Below are positions 41,072 to 51,209 of a stretch of 64,000 bases of DNA, piece after piece. The notes beneath the pieces are model-generated. The model worked only from the letters and a program-made list of their open reading frames with translations, made no database searches and was not told where the DNA came from. The stretch lies in the IMG/VR virus record IMGVR_UViG_2630968395_000002. One strand, given 5' to 3'. Positions within the stretch are counted from its first letter, which is position 1. Each line of letters starts with the position of its first letter. Origin of the DNA: an uncultured virus (IMG/VR IMGVR_UViG_2630968395_000002). Lineage: Duplodnaviria > Heunggongvirae > Uroviricota > Caudoviricetes. The translations under genes were made by a program, and so were the position numbers.

Positions 41072-41257
41072 ATGATTATTTCTATTGCCCCATTGTTAAA
41101 ACAGCAAAGCCCGGTAAACCTGCGCCATTTCGGTAATGGTGTGCTGGAGTTGAAGAACGGCCAGCGCTGGAAGCCGGGAAGTAATCAAAAGGCGCTTTTA
41201 CAAGAATTGTCCTCTGCAAAGAAGACGCCAATATTACGTCGTCTGCTCGGGCGTTGA
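41072..41257 (+). CDS. Fil/DUF2724-like protein
   Basis: SIAPLLKQQSP...FGNG...GQRWKP. Confidence 0.7.
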   Translation: MIISIAPLLKQQSPVNLRHFGNGVLELKNGQRWKPGSNQKALLQELSSAKKTPILRRLLGR

Positions 41258-41268
41258 TTGGGGGTTAT

Positions 41269-41580
41269 ATGCTGCAATTAACGGAAGCTGAACAATTGAG
41301 AATGACGGGCATTGCTCGTATTGCTGAATTAAAAGAAACGCATTTCCGTAATAGAAAGAATGTTGCTCAGGAGGCTTTTGATAAATCACCGGCACATTTG
41401 CGTAAAACAATCTGTTTTCATGCTGGGTTAAAAAGCCGTCATGTGAATATGCAGTTTTCAGAATTAACGCCAGCAGAAAGAGAATCTGTTGTTGAAGCGT
41501 TGAATTACTTAATTGAGTTTACTCGTTCGTTGCCGTCATTTGTCAGTAATGATGACTGCACTCTGAATATTATTAATTAG
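41269..41580 (+). CDS. DUF5347-like early protein
   Basis: ICFHAGLK...FSELTPAERESVV. Confidence 0.65.
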   Translation: MLQLTEAEQLRMTGIARIAELKETHFRNRKNVAQEAFDKSPAHLRKTICFHAGLKSRHVNMQFSELTPAERESVVEALNYLIEFTRSLPSFVSNDDCTLNIIN

Positions 41581-41645
41581 CTAAAACCGCAATATATAGC
41601 GTTTCACTCGCCGGGTTTCGTATTGCCTAAAAACAGGAATTATCT

Positions 41646-41918
41646 ATGCAGAATACAACACAAAATATATGGATGGGCGTAGACCCCGGCAAGCCGGGCA
41701 GTGACCGCTCAGTAACAATGACGTCAGTTGAATCAATGGAGCTAATGCTCAATGAAGCGCGCATGGATGAAAGAACGAATCAGGCTGCACTGGTTTCATC
41801 TCGTTTGGAAGAAATCGCTAATCAAATCTTGAATCGTGAACTAAATGGCGTAGAAGCTGCTGAACTACTTAATCAAATCGCTGAGCACATAATCACTCAG
41901 TCTTATGACCAGCATTAA
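41646..41918 (+). CDS. DUF2732 family protein
   Basis: LNEARMDER...SSRLE...LNGVEAAELL. Confidence 0.75.
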   Translation: MQNTTQNIWMGVDPGKPGSDRSVTMTSVESMELMLNEARMDERTNQAALVSSRLEEIANQILNRELNGVEAAELLNQIAEHIITQSYDQH

Positions 41919-44187
41919 TAATATGCGTGGTCGTATTACCCCAACTCCGCCGTTGCCTTATCCGGGCAGCGGTGCTGCTGTTCCTGCCTACGCCTACCCC
42001 GGCAGCAAACCACGCCAAACCCTCGCACCAGCAAGACCGCTTACCCGTGAACAACTGATTCAGGGGCAAGCTGTTTTAGCCAATATCAATAATCTGCCTC
42101 ACTTCCTGCGTAGCCAGTTCATTTCTCGCTATGAATACCTGTTAGCCAACAAAGGGCTAAACGACGCTAATAAATGGCTGGTATTTGTCTTTGACCAGCG
42201 TATCTGGCCGCGTATTCAGGTGGTCAATAGTAAAAATGTTATGCGCCTCAGTGCATCAATGAGCTTTTCCACTGATGCCCCAACCTATGCCAGCTTAGCG
42301 GGTATGCATGATAAAGAGCTGCGCCGCTTTGCCCGCAAAATCGGTGATGAGCTAATGGTGGCGTACAACCATCACTGTGATGAATGCATTAAGGCTAATC
42401 AGGGGGACAGGGCCGTTTTATTGCAGGCCGATACGCAGGTACGGATATTCGGCGATCTTGCCAGAATGGCGCGCGCTTTTAATATCACCCCAATGCACTG
42501 GCGCAAATATCTGAAAGGCCGGTTAGATATCACGTCTGCTATCGCCAGTCTGTCACGGCTGGTTAACCCTGAGTGGTGGGAGCGCAAACTCAAAGCGCAG
42601 AGAACACGCTGGCGGGAGGCGTTATTGATTGCTGTCGGTAATGTCAGCCGTGATAAGTCAGCGTCTTCTTATGCCAGTAAGCAGGCTATCCGTGAGGTGT
42701 TTGCGCGTCGCCAGTCTAATCTGGAATATCTCAAAAGCTGCCAGTTAGAAAACATTGAAACCGGTGAGCGCATCGACCTGATTGATAAGGTGATGGCGAG
42801 TATTTCTAATCCAGAAATTCGCCGCATGGAGTTAATGAACACCATCGCGTTCACGGAAAAATATGCTGCCGGGCAAAAGCACGTCGGTATGTTCCTGACC
42901 ATCACCACCCCGTCAAAATATCACCCGACTCGCGTTGTGGGGAAAGGCGACAACGAGAAAGTACAGCTTAATCATAAGTGGAATGATGAAGCCTATTCAC
43001 CCAAAGACGGCCAGCGCTATCTCTGCAAGATTTGGAGCAAAATGCGCACCGCCTTTAAAGACAACGAATTAAGCGTCTACGGAATGCGCGTGGTTGAGCC
43101 ACATCATGACGGTACGCCGCACTGGCACATGATGCTGTTTTGCCAACGCCGCCAGCGCCAGCAGGTAATCGACATCATGAGCCGCTATGCGTTGAAAGAA
43201 GATGGTGACGAGCGCGGGGCTGCTAAATACCGCTTTGAGTGTAAGCACATGAACAAAGGCGGGGCCGCTGGCTACATCGCTAAATACATTGCCAAGAATA
43301 TCGACGGCTATGCGCTTGAGGGTGAACGTGATCATGAAACCGGTGAGCTGCTGACTGACTCCGCTGCGGCGGTAACAGCGTGGGCGGCAACGTGGCGCAT
43401 CCCTCAATTTCGCCCGATTGGGCTTCCCTCCATGGGAGTCTATCGCGAGTGTCGCCGTATCCGCTCTATTAGTCTGGCTGAGACTTTCGACGAAACCGTG
43501 GAAGCTGTGCGCCATGCGGCTGACGAGGGTGATTTTGCTGCCTACATCGCCGCGCAAGGTGGCACCAATTGCGGCAACCAGACTGTTCGTTTAGCCAAGC
43601 GCGTCGCCGATGAACTCAACGCCTACGATGAAGAAGTACAGAAAGTCGTCGGTATCTACGCGCCGCATTTAGGCGCTGACCATATTCATGAAACCCGCAC
43701 AACCCAATGGCGCATCGTTGCTGGTGCCGTTGACGTTGAGCTTTTGACTTTGAAAAGCGCATCTGGCGCGCCTCGGAGTCCTGTCAATAACTGTGGGTTA
43801 GGTGGAAACACCCAAGCGCCAAATGACCCCAACGGGCAGGCTAAAACGCCTGTGATGGCGATGGAATACTCACCGGATGTCGTTATTGACTGGTCGGACA
43901 CTGCCGCCGTGAGGGCGATTGTGGCCCGTGTTAAAGAGAAACAGCCGACGATTAGCAAGATACAACGAAGCTATGACCCCACCAAAGGCCGCCTTATTGC
44001 CCCATCAGCCCGTTTAACCCGTGAAGAACGCCAGCGCATTCCCCAAATCCGCAATGATTTACTGCTGAAAGATATCAGCGCCCAACGCTGGGAACTGGAA
44101 TCGTTAGCCCGTGGGGCAAAAATGACGTTTAACGACACCGTTATTCAATATCCGGCCTTGTCCGACTGGCCGGAATTCGATGATTAA
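41905..44187 (+). CDS. A: Rolling-circle replication initiator A
   Basis: TITTPSKYH, EPHHDGTPHWH HUH motif, GYIAKYIAKNIDG. Confidence 0.96.
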   Translation: MTSINNMRGRITPTPPLPYPGSGAAVPAYAYPGSKPRQTLAPARPLTREQLIQGQAVLANINNLPHFLRSQFISRYEYLLANKGLNDANKWLVFVFDQRIWPRIQVVNSKNVMRLSASMSFSTDAPTYASLAGMHDKELRRFARKIGDELMVAYNHHCDECIKANQGDRAVLLQADTQVRIFGDLARMARAFNITPMHWRKYLKGRLDITSAIASLSRLVNPEWWERKLKAQRTRWREALLIAVGNVSRDKSASSYASKQAIREVFARRQSNLEYLKSCQLENIETGERIDLIDKVMASISNPEIRRMELMNTIAFTEKYAAGQKHVGMFLTITTPSKYHPTRVVGKGDNEKVQLNHKWNDEAYSPKDGQRYLCKIWSKMRTAFKDNELSVYGMRVVEPHHDGTPHWHMMLFCQRRQRQQVIDIMSRYALKEDGDERGAAKYRFECKHMNKGGAAGYIAKYIAKNIDGYALEGERDHETGELLTDSAAAVTAWAATWRIPQFRPIGLPSMGVYRECRRIRSISLAETFDETVEAVRHAADEGDFAAYIAAQGGTNCGNQTVRLAKRVADELNAYDEEVQKVVGIYAPHLGADHIHETRTTQWRIVAGAVDVELLTLKSASGAPRSPVNNCGLGGNTQAPNDPNGQAKTPVMAMEYSPDVVIDWSDTAAVRAIVARVKEKQPTISKIQRSYDPTKGRLIAPSARLTREERQRIPQIRNDLLLKDISAQRWELESLARGAKMTFNDTVIQYPALSDWPEFDD

Positions 44188-44209
44188 TCTATCTACCTGA
44201 GAGAAAACC

Positions 44210-44569
44210 ATGACTAAAACCGCTGCAACGACTCGCAAACAGGCACAGCGCCAGCGTGATAAATCTGCTGGTATCAATGAGATCCGCGCCCGACTGGAGC
44301 CAGAAGAATACGCCATGTTGACCGAGGGCATGGTCGCCCGGCGTCTCTTTCGACCTGCCTATGATTTACCGGAATATATTGCGCTGCTTATTCGCCAAGA
44401 TAACCGGCGACTAAAAGAGCAGTTGGCCGAACTGGATAAACAACGCTGTGGCAAATGTGGCGACACATTACCAGGCGATCCAAATGGGTGTTGTTTACGG
44501 GGTGAGACGGCGTGCTGGCAGACCAAAGGCATCAACAGCCTATTACTTAGCGCAGTTAAACCATTGTGA
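44210..44569 (+). CDS. Hypothetical protein with C-terminal Cys cluster
   Basis: RKQAQRQRD...YDLPEYIALLIRQD...CGKCGDTLP. Confidence 0.7.
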   Translation: MTKTAATTRKQAQRQRDKSAGINEIRARLEPEEYAMLTEGMVARRLFRPAYDLPEYIALLIRQDNRRLKEQLAELDKQRCGKCGDTLPGDPNGCCLRGETACWQTKGINSLLLSAVKPL

Positions 44570-44670
44570 CGCGTCACAATGGTTTATTTTTACAACATAT
44601 AGCGTGTTACAAACATCTGATTTATCTAAATAGCCGTATCCGGTATTGACCTTAATATTCTTTTACTGAA

Positions 44671-44690
44671 TACTGTATATAAATACAGTA
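44671..44690. promoter_or_regulatory. LexA box of the tum promoter
   Basis: TACTGTATATAAATACAGTA overlapping TATAAT (44689-44694). Confidence 0.88.
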
Positions 44691-44705
44691 TAATAAGGAG
44701 CCTGC

Positions 44706-44900
44706 ATGGAACACGTTGAAAAAATAGAACTAATGCTAACAAGAATTAAATTTATTGCTGAAGTTTCGCAAGTTGCACAGTGCAGTAATAGTGAGTTTCT
44801 TGTCGCCATGTCGTTGATATCAGACCTGACCAGCCAGATAGTGACGAGCCAAAATTATGATGAGATTTTCTATAACGCCGACGGCAAAAAATCACACTAA
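44706..44900 (+). CDS. tum: Tum-like SOS antirepressor
   Basis: LTRIKFIAEV...VAMSLISDL resembles the 186 Tum N-domain; LexA box upstream. Confidence 0.7.
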   Translation: MEHVEKIELMLTRIKFIAEVSQVAQCSNSEFLVAMSLISDLTSQIVTSQNYDEIFYNADGKKSH

Positions 44901-45076
44901 TAAATTCTCCATAAAACGATGCATGTGTGGCCCGCCATCGTGATTTGGGTCATGCATGCATATAGTGCATGATTCCGCATGTTGATCCTCCCCTCTATTT
45001 TCCTTGGTTGCCCCAGTCCCGGCGCGGTTTTCGATGCCTCATGCAGGTGCATGAAAAGCGACCTGCAAAGCGCGCA

Positions 45077-45095
45077 GGCGTGGCGGGGATAGCAT
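45077..45095 (+). other. cos site (19-nt cohesive end)
   Basis: GGCGTGGCGGGGATAGCAT, one mismatch to the 186 cos GGCGTGGCGGGGAAAGCAT as I recall it. Confidence 0.88.
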
Positions 45096-45320
45096 TGCGC
45101 GCAAAGGGTTTTGATCCCCCTATTCGTAGTACTTGGGTGGTCCGTGGTGTTGCGTGCGGTTGGGTGGGGAGTCAATGCGTGTTCGTGGGGTGTGAGGGCG
45201 TGACGGGCGTCTGGTGGCTTGTGGTGCGAGGTGTTGGAATTGCTACTTTTCAGGCGTGAAAAAGCCGCCTGTAAACCGTCCAACTTTATGGGTCAGGTCA
45301 GGTTCGGCGGCCTATGGTTA

Positions 45321-46358
45321 TTATTCCTCGCTTATCAGTTCATAAGGCTTGAACCGGATCACCTCTTCCCCTATCCAGTCATTCACCTCCTTCAATCGTT
45401 CTTGCAACGGCGTTAACTCGTTACGAACAAACACTTGTGAGGCTTTTCCGACGTCACCGAAACCACCGGTATTGTTGGGAATAATCCCCATCATCTGTGG
45501 CGGCACCCGGTGCACACTGAGCAGGTCGTCACGGGTGGCGTTCTTGATATTAAAAAAATCATCCTTGGTGGCGACTTCGCTCAACGGTAAAATCTGGATA
45601 CCGTCTTTCTTGCCATTGGGCGCGTACATAAACAGGTTGCGAAAATTGCCTAACCCTTTAGTGTCACGCATGGCTTTACGCATCGCCTCAATATCGCTGC
45701 TGCTTTGCGCCGCATCAGTCATATACAGGATGTAGCCCGCGTGAGCACCGTTCTGGTAATACTTGCGGCGGAATAGCGTGGCCGCTTCATTGAGCCAGGC
45801 AGAATTTAAGCCGCTGAGGTATTCCGGCAGGCCGTAAAGCTCCTGATTAATATCCGGTTCTATCAGATGGAAAACGCTACCGGTTTCAAACAGGTGTTCA
45901 TTTTTCCAGTTTTGAACAAACCAATAACAATCTTTCTCTAACCCACGGCGGGTGTACTTGGCCGGGCTGGGGTCGAGGCGCAGTGGCGCGCCCAACTGGT
46001 TACGACGTACTTCTAAAAACGCATTACCGAACACCAGATAATCCAGTGCATAGCGGCTAAAAGCCTGCTGACTGAGCATTGGGTGAGGGGTAAATGTGCT
46101 TGCCAGTATGTTGCGTTTCACATACAGCGGTGAGCTGTGATGTACCGCCGCACGGAAGCTGCGCGCCAGCCCGTCAAAGCTGATCGGCGGGTCATACCAC
46201 TTGCCGTTACCGGTGCATTCGATGTAATCCAGAATTTCCCGCTTATCGAGCACGGCGGAGGGTTCGCCAAAAGTGAACGCCTCCACCGGTTGCTGTTGAC
46301 TGGCGGTGTGATTGGTTGCTGGTCGGCTTAATGCCTTGCGGCCTTTGCGTTTACTCAT
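45321..46358 (-). CDS. Q: Portal protein gpQ
   Basis: EAFTFGEP...HHSSPLYVKRN...YYQNGAHAG. Confidence 0.95.
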   Translation of the reverse strand: MSKRKGRKALSRPATNHTASQQQPVEAFTFGEPSAVLDKREILDYIECTGNGKWYDPPISFDGLARSFRAAVHHSSPLYVKRNILASTFTPHPMLSQQAFSRYALDYLVFGNAFLEVRRNQLGAPLRLDPSPAKYTRRGLEKDCYWFVQNWKNEHLFETGSVFHLIEPDINQELYGLPEYLSGLNSAWLNEAATLFRRKYYQNGAHAGYILYMTDAAQSSSDIEAMRKAMRDTKGLGNFRNLFMYAPNGKKDGIQILPLSEVATKDDFFNIKNATRDDLLSVHRVPPQMMGIIPNNTGGFGDVGKASQVFVRNELTPLQERLKEVNDWIGEEVIRFKPYELISEE

Positions 46359-47119
46359 TTTACTTCCCCTGCATTGCTTGCCGCTTGTGACCAGTCACAT
46401 AAATATAAGAGATTGAAATCATCTATTGTCATGTGCTTTTTCAGCCAATCTTTACCCCAGTTCTTTTCCCATAACGTACAGCCTTGCTGAATGGCAGCAT
46501 CAGCCGTGACCGATTGACGGAATACGCCATCAGCGCAAAAAACGCCGTTATCCGTGTGTATCACCGGTGCTACTTTTCGTGGGCGGCGCAGTGAGCCGTT
46601 CCAAATCTTGAACGCGGTATTTGAGTGGGAGGGCGTGGTGTAGAGTGTTAAACGATGATTTTTGTGCATTGCCATCCCCTTAGCCATGTGCAGTATTGAA
46701 CGTGGGTTTTTAGCCCATGCATATTCACCCAGGTACACATTCCCAGCATGAGCGGCGGCGTGACTGTTTTCCCCGTGAAAGGCGATGAGCGCGCCATTAC
46801 CTAGCAACATGTTACTTGGCGAGAATGAACTCACGTTTACCCCAACTACCCGACAAAACTCTGCAAGATAAGCGCGGGTATTCAGGGCGCTACTTCTGGA
46901 GCAGGTTAAAAAATGCTGATTGCGGCCGGTGGTGATGGCATCCAGTAACGCTTCAAAAGCGAAAAGCCAGTCGGCCCCAATCTGGCGCGATTTGGTGAGA
47001 CTGCGGTCTGTGCTGGTCTGCCCCACGTGATACCACGTTTTCTGATAATCAAAGGCCGAGTTTTCGAAATGTTCGCGCAGGCCGTCAAGCTGACCAGCAG
47101 TAAAAGTCATTGGCTTCAT
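46355..47119 (-). CDS. Terminase ATPase-domain paralogue with degenerate Walker B
   Basis: KSRQIGAD and EALLDAITTGRNQ match gpP; VYLGEY versus LYLDEY; no HTH or nuclease domain. Confidence 0.85.
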   Translation of the reverse strand: MKPMTFTAGQLDGLREHFENSAFDYQKTWYHVGQTSTDRSLTKSRQIGADWLFAFEALLDAITTGRNQHFLTCSRSSALNTRAYLAEFCRVVGVNVSSFSPSNMLLGNGALIAFHGENSHAAAHAGNVYLGEYAWAKNPRSILHMAKGMAMHKNHRLTLYTTPSHSNTAFKIWNGSLRRPRKVAPVIHTDNGVFCADGVFRQSVTADAAIQQGCTLWEKNWGKDWLKKHMTIDDFNLLYLCDWSQAASNAGEVK

Positions 47120-48888
47120 TGGTAAAACTCCAAGAAATTAGGGCTGTGACCGCCATATGTCGCGGTAAGGGGTTCATTTAACAGGGCATGCATAATCGCC
47201 CACGCCACATCGGCGTGGCTGGCTTCTTCGCTGCGGCTGGCAACATAAGTCGAGCTTTTGCCGCTGGCGGTCATGGTTTTGCGAATGGCCATAAAGGACT
47301 GGGTGATGTCGGTGTGGCCGGTGTCATATTCCAGGCGGCCGTTATTGATGGTGTGCTTGGCTTTCAGCACCATGGCGGTCTTGATTTCAGGGGTGTATTT
47401 GATTTCCCTTGCTGCCGGGAAGAACTGGCGCACCAACTGGAAAACGCCTTGGCCGACGGTAGTGGCATCGATACCGATATACTCCACGCAATATTTCTGC
47501 GTCAGCTCTTCGATATGTTTGGCCTGCGCCTCAAAGTCCATCCCTTTCCACTGGTGGCGTTCCAGTACGCGGAACTTGCCGCCCGGCACCATCGGCGGTG
47601 CAATCACCGCACACCCGGCGCTGTCGCCGCCGTTGGCCTCGGACGGGTCGTAACCAATCCACACCGGGCGATGCCCAAATGGCCGCAACGAATACGGGTT
47701 GTAGTCCTCCCACTCTTCCAGACTGTCCACCATGCAAGCCTGCAACTCGGCGAACGGGAAGACGGACGCTTGATCGTCAACAAATTCGCACATCAACAGG
47801 TTTTGATATTCTGACGGGCCGTATTCCAGTGAGAGCTGGTTGAGGTCAAACAGGTTACAGCCGCCCGCCAGTGCATCCTCAACCGTGACAATCTGCCGCC
47901 ACTGACCATCATCACACAGCGCGCCACGGGCTAAATGGCTGTGGCTGAGATCCAGTTGGATATGGTCGGATTTATTGCGGCGGCCTTTATTGAACAGCTC
48001 ACCAGACCAGAACGGATAGGCACTGTGCGCCAGACTCGACGGGGTGGAGAAATAGGTGGTACGCCATTTCTTGTGTAATGACATGCCGCTGGCGACTTTG
48101 CGCAGTTCCTGAAACTTGGGGATCCAGAAATATTCGTCAAGATAGAGATTGCCGGTGTAGCTCTGCGCCGTACGGACGTTAGTACCGAGAAAGAACAGGC
48201 GCGCCCCGTTCGGTAACACCATCGGGTCGCCTTTCAGGTCAACGTCAACCATCCGGGCGAAGTCGATAATGTAACTTTTGAACACGTGCGCCTGTGCTTT
48301 GCTGGCGGACAGAAAAATCTGATTACGGCCTGTTGTGATGGCATCCAGTAACGCTTCACGGGCAAAGAAGAACGTTGCGCCAATCTGCCGTGATTTCAGG
48401 ATATTGCGGATACGGTGAGTTAACCCGGCCTCAAACCAATTACGCTGATAATCAAAGATATTTTCATGAAATATCGACTCCAGCTTCTCAATCGCCGACT
48501 CACTAAACAGGTTTTTGTCCGGCGTCTTGCGCTCCCCTTTGTTGCGGTTCGCCACTGCCGGGTTTAAGTCGGCCTCACTGCCGGTCTGGTTATAACGGTT
48601 CACCCGCGCCAGCCGTTCAATCTGGCGGCCTAACAGGTCAATCTCTTTAAAATCCCGCCCCTCTTTGGCGTCTTTCATGATGAGCTGAATTAACCGCGCT
48701 TCCATGCTGGTTTCCACCCGAGAAATGGGCGCAATGGCATCCCACCCGTCGCGCTTCTTCCAGCTCTGCACAGTCGGCGATTTCAGGGCCAGCGTGTCCG
48801 CAATCTGGCGCACAGAAAAGCCTTGCCAGTAAAGCAAGGCCGCCTGTCGCCGTGGGTCGCTGATAATGGTGCTCGGTGTCGTATTCAT
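47116..48888 (-). CDS. P: Terminase ATPase subunit gpP
   Basis: 590 aa; KSRQIGAT, LYLDEY, YFSTP, GYDP, HADVAWA. Confidence 0.96.
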   Translation of the reverse strand: MNTTPSTIISDPRRQAALLYWQGFSVRQIADTLALKSPTVQSWKKRDGWDAIAPISRVETSMEARLIQLIMKDAKEGRDFKEIDLLGRQIERLARVNRYNQTGSEADLNPAVANRNKGERKTPDKNLFSESAIEKLESIFHENIFDYQRNWFEAGLTHRIRNILKSRQIGATFFFAREALLDAITTGRNQIFLSASKAQAHVFKSYIIDFARMVDVDLKGDPMVLPNGARLFFLGTNVRTAQSYTGNLYLDEYFWIPKFQELRKVASGMSLHKKWRTTYFSTPSSLAHSAYPFWSGELFNKGRRNKSDHIQLDLSHSHLARGALCDDGQWRQIVTVEDALAGGCNLFDLNQLSLEYGPSEYQNLLMCEFVDDQASVFPFAELQACMVDSLEEWEDYNPYSLRPFGHRPVWIGYDPSEANGGDSAGCAVIAPPMVPGGKFRVLERHQWKGMDFEAQAKHIEELTQKYCVEYIGIDATTVGQGVFQLVRQFFPAAREIKYTPEIKTAMVLKAKHTINNGRLEYDTGHTDITQSFMAIRKTMTASGKSSTYVASRSEEASHADVAWAIMHALLNEPLTATYGGHSPNFLEFYQ

Positions 48889-48935
48889 GCCATTAGGCTA
48901 CGCGACCAGCCCGACCCTCTGCGCGCCCTGCCAGT

Positions 48936-48953
48936 TGTGCCAGCCCCGTCACA
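48936..48953. promoter_or_regulatory. Ogr/B late activator site (PP/PO)
   Basis: TGT-N12-ACA between divergent P and O. Confidence 0.75.
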
Positions 48954-49036
48954 ACTGGCTTTCGTTGTTGCTGCCGCCATACATCAGGAGACTAAGCCCC
49001 GAACGAACAACCCTAATCACATGAATGGAGCCACAC

Positions 49037-49891
49037 ATGGCTAAGAAAGTGTCTAAGTATTTCCGTATCGGCGTTGAGGGTGACACCTGTGACGGGCGGA
49101 AGATTGAAGCCGACGATATCAACCAAATGGCCGAGTCATTTGACCCGCGCGTGTACGGTTGCCGCATCAATCTGGAGCATTTGACCAGCTACTTCCCGGA
49201 CAGCACCTTCCGCCGGTACGGTGACGTGATCGGACTGAAAGCGGAAACCATTGAAGACGACTCTATCCTGAACGGCAAGCGTGCACTGTTCGCGCAAATT
49301 AGCCCCACCGATGATTTGGTGTTGATGAATAAAGACCGTCAGAAAATCTACACCTCTATGGAGATCCGCCCAAACTTTGCCAATACCGGTAAAGCTTATC
49401 TGGTCGGTCTGGCGGTGACCGATGACCCCGCCAGCCTTGGGACTGAAATTCTGGAATTCAGCGCCAAGGCCAAACACAACCCACTGGCCTCCCGTAAATC
49501 TCACCCGGATAACCTGTTTTCTGCAGCGGTTGAAGTGCAACTGGAATTTGAAGACGTGGCCGAGCCGGGTGTCAGCTTACTTGGCATTGTGAAATCGGTA
49601 TTCAGTCGTAAACAGGCAACCGACGACGCCCGTTTTAATGATGTGCATGAGGCGGTGAATGCCGTGGCAGTGCATGTGCAGGAACAGGGAGAAACCATTG
49701 AAGCCCGCTTTGCCATCATTGAGAAACAACTTACTGACCACGTTGTGGAGCTGAAGCAGAGCATCAAACAGGGCAAACAAGGGGTAACTGACCTCGAAAA
49801 TAAACTTTCTTCCACTGAGAACTTTGGTCAGTCAAAGCGCCCGGAAGCCACCGGCGGCAACAACCAGAACGATGTATTGACCGACTGCTAG
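49037..49891 (+). CDS. O: Capsid scaffolding/protease gpO
   Basis: FRIGVEGDTCDGR...GLAVTDDPASLGTE. Confidence 0.95.
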   Translation: MAKKVSKYFRIGVEGDTCDGRKIEADDINQMAESFDPRVYGCRINLEHLTSYFPDSTFRRYGDVIGLKAETIEDDSILNGKRALFAQISPTDDLVLMNKDRQKIYTSMEIRPNFANTGKAYLVGLAVTDDPASLGTEILEFSAKAKHNPLASRKSHPDNLFSAAVEVQLEFEDVAEPGVSLLGIVKSVFSRKQATDDARFNDVHEAVNAVAVHVQEQGETIEARFAIIEKQLTDHVVELKQSIKQGKQGVTDLENKLSSTENFGQSKRPEATGGNNQNDVLTDC

Positions 49892-49967
49892 TTGGGATTA
49901 ATGGCCGCCTGCAGTGCGGTCCGCTTGTTATTTCATTAACACGTTATTTAACTGAATCAGGATTATT

Positions 49968-51206
49968 ATGCGCCCAGCAACCCGTTTTAAATTTAATGCC
50001 TATCTGACCCGTCAAGCCGAGCTGAACGGGGTAGAAACCGGCGACCTGAATAAAAAATTCAGCGTTGAACCCTCTGTCACACAAACCATCATGACCCGCG
50101 TCCAAGAATCCTCAGAATTTCTGAGCCGTATCAATATTGTGCCGGTATCAGAACTGACCGCCGAGAAAGTGGGGTTGAGTGTTACCGGGTCAATTGCCAG
50201 CAATACGGATACCGATAGCGGCGACGAGCGCGAAACCGCCGAGTTTGCCGGGCTGGACAGTGAGAAGTATTTCTGTGAGCAGGTGAATTACGACTTCCAC
50301 ATTCGCTATAACACCCTTGACCTGTGGGCGCGTTATCAGGACTTCCAGACCCGCTTACGCGACGCGATTATCAAGCGACAGGCACTTGACCGCATCATGG
50401 CGGGCTTCAACGGCATCAGCCGCGCCAAGACATCCAACCGTGTACAAAATCCATTGTTGCAGGATATCGCAGTGGGCTGGTTGCAGAAATACCGCAACAA
50501 CGCACCAACCCGCGTGATGAGTAAAGTTATCGATGAAGATGGCGCGGTAGTGTCAGAAAAAATTCGTGTTGGCCATGGTGGCGATTATGCCAATCTGGAC
50601 GCGTTGGTCATGGATGCCACAAACCAGATGATTGCTGACTGGCATCAGGAAGACCCGGAACTGGTGGTCATCACTGGCCGTCAGTTGATGCAGGATAAAT
50701 ATTTCCCTATCGTCAACAAAGAGCAGGAAAACAGCGAAACCCTCGCTGCTGACCTGATTATCAGCCAAAAACGCATCGGTAATTTACCGGCTATCCGTGT
50801 GCCGTTCTTCCCGTCTAACGCGTTCTTTATTACCCGCCTCGATAACCTGTCTATTTACTGGCTGGAAGACTCGCACCGCCGTCATATCGATGAGAACGCC
50901 AAACGTGACCGCATCGAAAACTACGAATCCATTAAGCAGGATTATGTGGTGGAAGATTACGCCTGCGGCTGTCTGGTGGAGAACATCGAGATTTTGCCAC
51001 CACCACAGAAAAAAGATGAACCGGAATCTGGAGCGGATAAAAAAGCTGCGTCTGACGCACCTAACTACGATGGTCTAGCAGCCGCGATTATTGCTGCAGT
51101 AAAAGTGGCTGCTAACCCGGATGAAACTAAGCCGGAAGCCACAGCCAACGCGGAAAACGCACCGGAAACCACAGGCGAAGCACCAGCCGCGAAGGGGAGT
51201 AAATAA
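49968..51206 (+). CDS. N: Major capsid protein gpN with C-terminal extension
   Basis: TRFKFNAYL...FSVEPSVTQ...LQDIAVGWLQKYR. Confidence 0.95.
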   Translation: MRPATRFKFNAYLTRQAELNGVETGDLNKKFSVEPSVTQTIMTRVQESSEFLSRINIVPVSELTAEKVGLSVTGSIASNTDTDSGDERETAEFAGLDSEKYFCEQVNYDFHIRYNTLDLWARYQDFQTRLRDAIIKRQALDRIMAGFNGISRAKTSNRVQNPLLQDIAVGWLQKYRNNAPTRVMSKVIDEDGAVVSEKIRVGHGGDYANLDALVMDATNQMIADWHQEDPELVVITGRQLMQDKYFPIVNKEQENSETLAADLIISQKRIGNLPAIRVPFFPSNAFFITRLDNLSIYWLEDSHRRHIDENAKRDRIENYESIKQDYVVEDYACGCLVENIEILPPPQKKDEPESGADKKAASDAPNYDGLAAAIIAAVKVAANPDETKPEATANAENAPETTGEAPAAKGSK

Positions 51207-51209
51207 GCC

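Noticed and set aside
44897..45320. ORFs across the cos region (44897-45283, 44969-45259) or a defence gene at the A-Q hotspot
   Set aside because: They overlap cos and its ATGCA repeats, with no RBS or protein-like features
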